From Octopus sinensis (Eukaryota): a stretch of DNA of 64,000 bases. The stretch is taken from contig NC_043008.1 in the NCBI RefSeq assembly GCF_006345805.1, positions 30,814,001 through 30,878,000 on the forward strand, given 5' to 3'. The notes beneath the pieces were generated by a model. That model saw only the letters and a list, made by a program, of their open reading frames with translations. It ran no database searches and was not told where the DNA came from. Positions within the stretch are counted from its first letter, which is position 1, and the number at the start of each line of letters is the position of its first letter. This document shows, piece by piece, positions 58,391 to 64,000 of this stretch. The position numbers were made by a program, and so were the translations under genes.

Positions 58391-58956
58391 CGAGGGATAG
58401 TAAAAAAGTAATGCCATTTTGTTTAGGACATGTATAATTACCTACACAGGAATATGTATCATACATCAAAATGAAGCTAGTCCTCTGTGGATCACATCCC
58501 TACTCCTCAGCATTGTCACCGTTTCTCTCAATAGCAATGTTCCACCTTCGAATGAGAGCATGTATACCAGCCTCGTAAAATTCTGTTGACTGTTCTTTGA
58601 GCCACTTCTTCATAACAGTTTTCACTTCCTCGTCACTGGACTATCATCGACACAGGACTATCATCTCTTCGGCCCCATGAAAGAGGGTTTGAGAGGCAAA
58701 CATTATTCCAGTGACGAGGAAGTGAAAACTGTAGTGAAGAAGTGTCTCAAAGAACAGTCAACAGAATTTTACGGGTCAGGGATACATGCTCTCATACGAC
58801 GGTGGAACATTGCTATTGGGAGAAACGGTGACTAAATTGAGGAGTAGGGATGTGATCCACAGTGGACCAGCTTCATTTTGATGTATGATGCATGTTTCTG
58901 TGTTGGTAATTATACCTGTCCTAAACAAAACGGCATTACCTTTTGACTCACCCTCG
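58391..58956. mobile_element. Fold-back MITE made of two mariner 3' ends
   Basis: TA^CGAGGG...CCCTCG^TA. Arms 58391-58640 and 58707-58956. Right half translates DYHLFGPMKEGLRGKHYSSDEEVK...RRW...NGD. Confidence 0.92.
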
Positions 58957-59729
58957 TAGATATTCAGGGAATGAAGCATCTACTCAGATTCTACGTAAGA
59001 AGCATCACAATTTCTCAGAAAAAAATGAATATAACTGACATGGAATCATCCCTACAGATAAGGTGTCCTCTAATGAATATGTGCGTCATTTTAAAACTGC
59101 TATTTGCAATGAGATTGCCATTTTAATTGTTAGGTAGGGATTCCAAAGAAGAATGTAATTGTCAAAAAAAAAGGTGACCAATCTCTCATCAGATTTTCAA
59201 AAGCACAACGTTCCTATTATTTACTGTAATATTTTTTTTACTATTTTGGAAAGGCGGAGTAGGATAGAACTTTAGTGTCCAAGGATTGGATGGAAAATTT
59301 GTTTCGGTAAATTGATTCGAATCAGAAATCTTACCTTCATCAGACTGAAACAGTTGGGAACTGAAAATTATACTGATCTTAGAGCTGCCATGTGGCCTTC
59401 CTTTTCCATAAAGCAGTGTGAATACTTTCAAGTCACTATTGCTTAGATGACAGTTTCATTGTCTTGAGATGTTCATCATTAAAGCATTCAATCCAAGATC
59501 AGGAGAAGCAGAAGCCTCAAATTGGTTTGGTAGTATCACAGGTGTTTTCTGTCAAAATATGATTAACTTTAAAGGACAATTTTTGAAAGGTCTCTCTTTG
59601 GAAAATTTCAGTTTCCTATACTCTAAAAGGTGACTTAATTCATGCTTTGAATAGAATAAAAGATTGGTACGATACCCTTTCTAATGAAATTGCAGTTAAA
59701 GACTCTGTTACTGTCTTCCATAACACTAT

Positions 59730-60970
59730 GAAGAAATAGTGTATTCGTTGCTGACGTGGACACCTAAACAAATAATCCCAATGCATGAAAAGAAACATTT
59801 CCTAGCCAAGAAGCAAACCGATCACGATGAATATCCACTGATAAAAAAAAGGAAACCAAACAACGGAAGATTTGCAGCCACAATCAAACAACGAAATTCC
59901 ACTATTGAAATAGACAATCAATGGATACTTTCATATTCACCAGGTTTCGAGGAATTTTAAAGCACACATGAATACTGAATTTTACAATTCTGTTAAATCT
60001 ATTTGTGCGATTTCAAACACATGAACAAAAGATTTGCATTTATGTTAACAAAAGAAATGATCAATCCGTTTTAACGTTCGTGATTCAAAGCATTCTCTGT
60101 GATTCGGATTACAGGAAGATGCATTAATACTAATGAAGGAACGTAAAGAAATCTGAAATTGTGTATCAATGAGCCCCACCCAAGCGTGATACATTGAGCC
60201 GTTCATCGAGAAAATGTAGTTTATTTTATAGAAGTGCAAGTTGTTAAATCCACTAAATACCCGTGCAGCAGCTCACAAGAAATATTCAACTATGTCTCAC
60301 AGGTGAATTTGCTAAAATTTTTCTGTGCTAAAATGATGCCATACAGCAACCAGAATAACAATGATAACTTCAGTGATTCTGCAGCTGCTCAGGCAATGAC
60401 TCATCCCTTAACATCCATAAATATTTTTTTTTTATTACAATCTTTGTACTATTAGACAATGTCACATTTTCACTAAATTGATGGTGGGGGTTATATATGT
60501 GGTACATCGACCAAGTGAGAAATAAGTGTCAAATCCTCTTCAGATGACATCCAATATCGGAGGCATGTTGAAGGATATCACCCCACACATGTAGATCAGC
60601 TTAATGCTTTACCTTAATGAAGGCAAGTCAAAAACTTAATCATGTCGACAAAATAAGAACACCTGACAAAGATGTTAAAGTATGCTTTGACACGTTACAG
60701 AAAGAAAACTTTTGACATGTTTTGCCAAAGAAGAAAACATTTTCATTACAAATTTTCTTTCGATCTCGACAAATATGTCCTTCAATTTTAAATGACTTCA
60801 GAGTCTGGTTTCCCTTTCATTTACAATGAACAAAAAAAGCGCAATCACAAAGTCTCGGAGTTGCTAAAATCAGTTTATATCCACATTGTTCTTTTTCATG
60901 GTCAATTATACGTTCCTTTGTACCTTTTAGCTTCTGACAGAAACGTTATGATTGCTATTATATAACCCCA
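59730..60970 (+). pseudogene. Helitron Rep/helicase relic (heavily deleted)
   Basis: EYPLIKKR..., IDNQWILSYSP, FKAHMNTE..NSVKS, GRCINTNE, AVHREN (Rep), and FTMNKK.QSQSL, HGQLYV (PIF1 helicase). Confidence 0.8.
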
Positions 60971-61274
60971 GGACTTCATAAGTCAACAGTATTTCGCAAA
61001 TTATTTTTTTTTATGTTTTTACAGAAACAAACAAAAAATAGACGAAGAAAATGTTCTCTTAGTATTTATATATTGTTTATTTAATACATGTTTATGAATC
61101 TCAACTTTTTCCATCATCTGATTTGTTGGAAGCAGGTTCTGGCTAAACCAGCATTCCATGACAAAGTAAAGATGGTCCACTGCAATGTATTCTTGTAAAT
61201 GCGTTTATATTATGTATTAACAAACCAGTGAAAAACTGGGTATTGGAGCCAGTATGTGTGTTTATTCTCACGCT

Positions 61275-61311
<37 letters not shown>

Positions 61312-61352
61312 GTTTGTGTGCGCGTGTGTGTGTGCGTGCATTCGTGCGTGTA

Positions 61353-61383
<31 letters not shown>

Positions 61384-61400
61384 TTGCGTGTGTGTGAGTA

Positions 61401-61464
<64 letters not shown>

Positions 61465-61469
<5 letters not shown>

Positions 61470-61703
61470 GCGTAGACATGCAACCATGTAATTTGGCTTC
61501 ACTCCCACTCTACGGCATTGTGGACAGATATCACCTACTATAGACTGGGAGCTCACTAAAACCTTTGGAGAGAATTTGGTAGACGGAAACCTGGTGGAAG
61601 CCCATCGTAAATATATAGATATGTGAATGTGTGCGTTTGCGTGTTTTAATCTATGTTCCCCACTCGCTTGCTAGTTGGTGTTGGTTTCTATACGTCTCAG
61701 TAA
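61465..61703 (+). mobile_element. SINE family A, degenerate
   Basis: GAATTTGGTAGACGGAAAC core. Confidence 0.65.
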
Positions 61704-61704
61704 T

Positions 61705-61802
<98 letters not shown>

Positions 61803-61869
61803 CGGATAAAGTATCTCGTCTTTGTTTTCAGTTCTCATATGTCCTGACAAATAAGTTTTCACAAATTTG

Positions 61870-62260
61870 AAATATCTTGCTGGTAATTTTTTTTTCTTTC
61901 CAGATAGTAATTTGCCAAAGAGTGATTGTATTTTCCCTGCAAAAATCAGCTCCACAGGTGTCTTACCTGCTGGTGTGTTTGGATTTAGTATCACACGGTG
62001 TACTCTTAAGAATTGTTGTAGAGCTACCTTATCCGTGACTTTCTTATTTGACTTTCTTAGGGCTCTCTTGTACCTATCGACAAATCGTTCTGCTTGTCCG
62101 TTAGATCTGGGATGGTATGATGCCATAGTTACATGTTCTGCAGCGAACGTTTTATAAGACCTTTTAAACTCAAAAGACAATTTGCGTCTCATTGTCAGAT
62201 ACTATCGTGTCTGGGACGCCAAATCTCGCGAACAACTCATGCAGAAAGTTTGTCGTTGTT
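61870..62260 (-). pseudogene. Ty3/Gypsy integrase core relic
   Basis: ELFARFGVPDTIVSDNETQ, SYHPRSNGQAERFV...KRAL, FL..R...P...GKTP.EL. Confidence 0.9.
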
Positions 62261-62274
62261 GAGGAGGTTAGAAG

Positions 62275-62375
62275 CCACTAGTTGGACCGAGGCTATAGTG
62301 GAAGATACATCCTCAAGATGTTGTGAAGTAGTAATTAACCGAAACCACGTGATTGCAAAGCAAGCTTACCCATAC
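62275..62375 (-). mobile_element. SINE family A head, degenerate
   Basis: TTGGACCGAGGCTATAGTGGAAGATAC...AAGCTTACC. Confidence 0.55.
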
Positions 62376-62776
62376 ATGGAAGTCAGCGTCTTCAGGTCAT
62401 CGATTTTTGCCACCTGCAAGGTAAAGGTGATACAGCACGATTCCAATGACGTCGTGATTGTTGCCTCCACAGCGCCCAAAACGAAAATCTATAACCCAGA
62501 GTATCTAGTCTCACGCTTTTATAATTCTATTTATTTCACTTCTCGGTACGAGAACCGTTTTTTTTCTTATCGATCCCGATAAGAATAACAGGTAAAGTGG
62601 ACCGCAGCAAACTTGTAATAAAACTGAAACGTATGACTCTATCGCTAATAGCTCCACCTGCCCTGATCACATATACACACACATACAAATAGTATTGATA
62701 TGATGGATCAAGGGCAGCCTTTGACATATTCTACTCGAAAACTATTTATACGGTATTATTTATAGTTTCAAGATCC

Positions 62777-63190
62777 AGGTCCAAGGAGTTGTTGTGTGAT
62801 AAGTAGCTTGTTTACCAACCACATGGTTCCGGATTCAGTCCCACTGCGTGACACTTTGGGAAAATGTCTTCTACTATAACCTCAAGCCAACCAAAGCCTT
62901 GTGAGTGGATTTGGTAGACGGAAACTGAAAGAAACCCGTCGTATATATGTATATATATATGTATGTGTGCATATGTTTGTGTGTCTGTGTTTGTCCCCCC
63001 AATATCGCTTGACAATCTATGCTGGTGTGTTTACGTCCCCGTAACTTAGTGGTTCAGCAAAAGAGACCGATAGAATAAGTACTAAGTTTACAAAGAATAA
63101 GTCCTGGGGGTCGATTTGCTCGACTAAAGGCGGTGCTCCAGCATGGCTGCAGTCAAATGACTGAAACAAGTAAAAGAGAGAAAAGAGAGA
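62777..63190 (+). mobile_element. tRNA-derived SINE family A, full length
   Basis: Head with B-box-like GGATTCAGTCCCAC, central TGGATTTGGTAGACGGAAACTG, tail AAACAAGTAAAAGAGAG. Confidence 0.92.
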
Positions 63191-63210
63191 TACATGCATA
63201 TACACACACA

Positions 63211-63312
<102 letters not shown>

Positions 63313-64000
63313 ATATATACATATATATTTACATACATACATCATTTAATATATACAATATAAAGCCACATGCTACTAAGAGTTTCGTGTTTTAGAGAGA
63401 GGGACCTAGGCTGGTTTTGCCTGTAAATTAAAAACCATTAGCAGCTTGTATCTTTATAATGTGTGCATTAGATCATATTTATCTCTCTCTGGATGTCGTA
63501 CTTTTTTCTATTGCTCTTACCTTAACGGGACAGTAAATTATATAGATAGATATAGACATAAATGCATACACACACATATATATGTAAAATGACTATGATT
63601 ATATATTATTTATATAATAATATATGCTCCATTTAAAGCGATTAAGCATAAAAAACTGACTGAAAAAAAAGGTGGGCCAAACCACTGGAAATTGAACACG
63701 GTATCAATGCTTAACGTGATCCCGTACGCACCCAATTCAGCCACATAATCCACCCAGCAATTACAGACAATTTTAATGCATAGGCAATTTTAGTCTAACA
63801 TATGTATTTATAAATTTGTAACGGAGCCATGTCAGCATTGATGTCGTGTTCAGTACCCAGTGGTTCGGCCCATTTCTTTTTCTATCAATTATTTAGATTT
63901 AACCACTCTAAATTGTATATATATCATTATATAATAATATATAGTTATTATTAAAAAGGACATATGTGTGTCGCTCTTGTCCACAATTTACTGTCTTCGA

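Overview
AT-rich, microsatellite-saturated eukaryotic genomic DNA with no intact long ORF. The SINE families and repeat landscape resemble a coleoid cephalopod such as Octopus; this is an inference from recalled repeat families, not a database match. Almost all ORF-track entries are translations of (TA)n/(CA)n/(GATA)n/(TACA)n repeats. The recognisable content is transposon debris: several Penelope-like element (PLE) relics (RT and GIY-YIG), one Tc1 and four mariner-type elements, Helitron ends plus a Rep/helicase relic, a Gypsy integrase relic, RTE and L1/Tx1 LINE relics, TIR MITEs and many tRNA-derived SINEs. Main highlights: (1) a nearly identical ~491-nt non-coding unit at 42.76-44.47 kb, repeated in tandem and inverted, whose complete copies carry a type I hammerhead ribozyme (retrozyme/PLE-pLTR-like); (2) several other minimal or decayed hammerheads at PLE ends; (3) a candidate minus-strand coding exon (13190-13440) with an isolated 35-nt complementary sequence ~750 nt away that pairs through G-U wobbles and one A-C mismatch, like an ADAR editing-complementary sequence; (4) many fold-back palindromes built from transposon ends.
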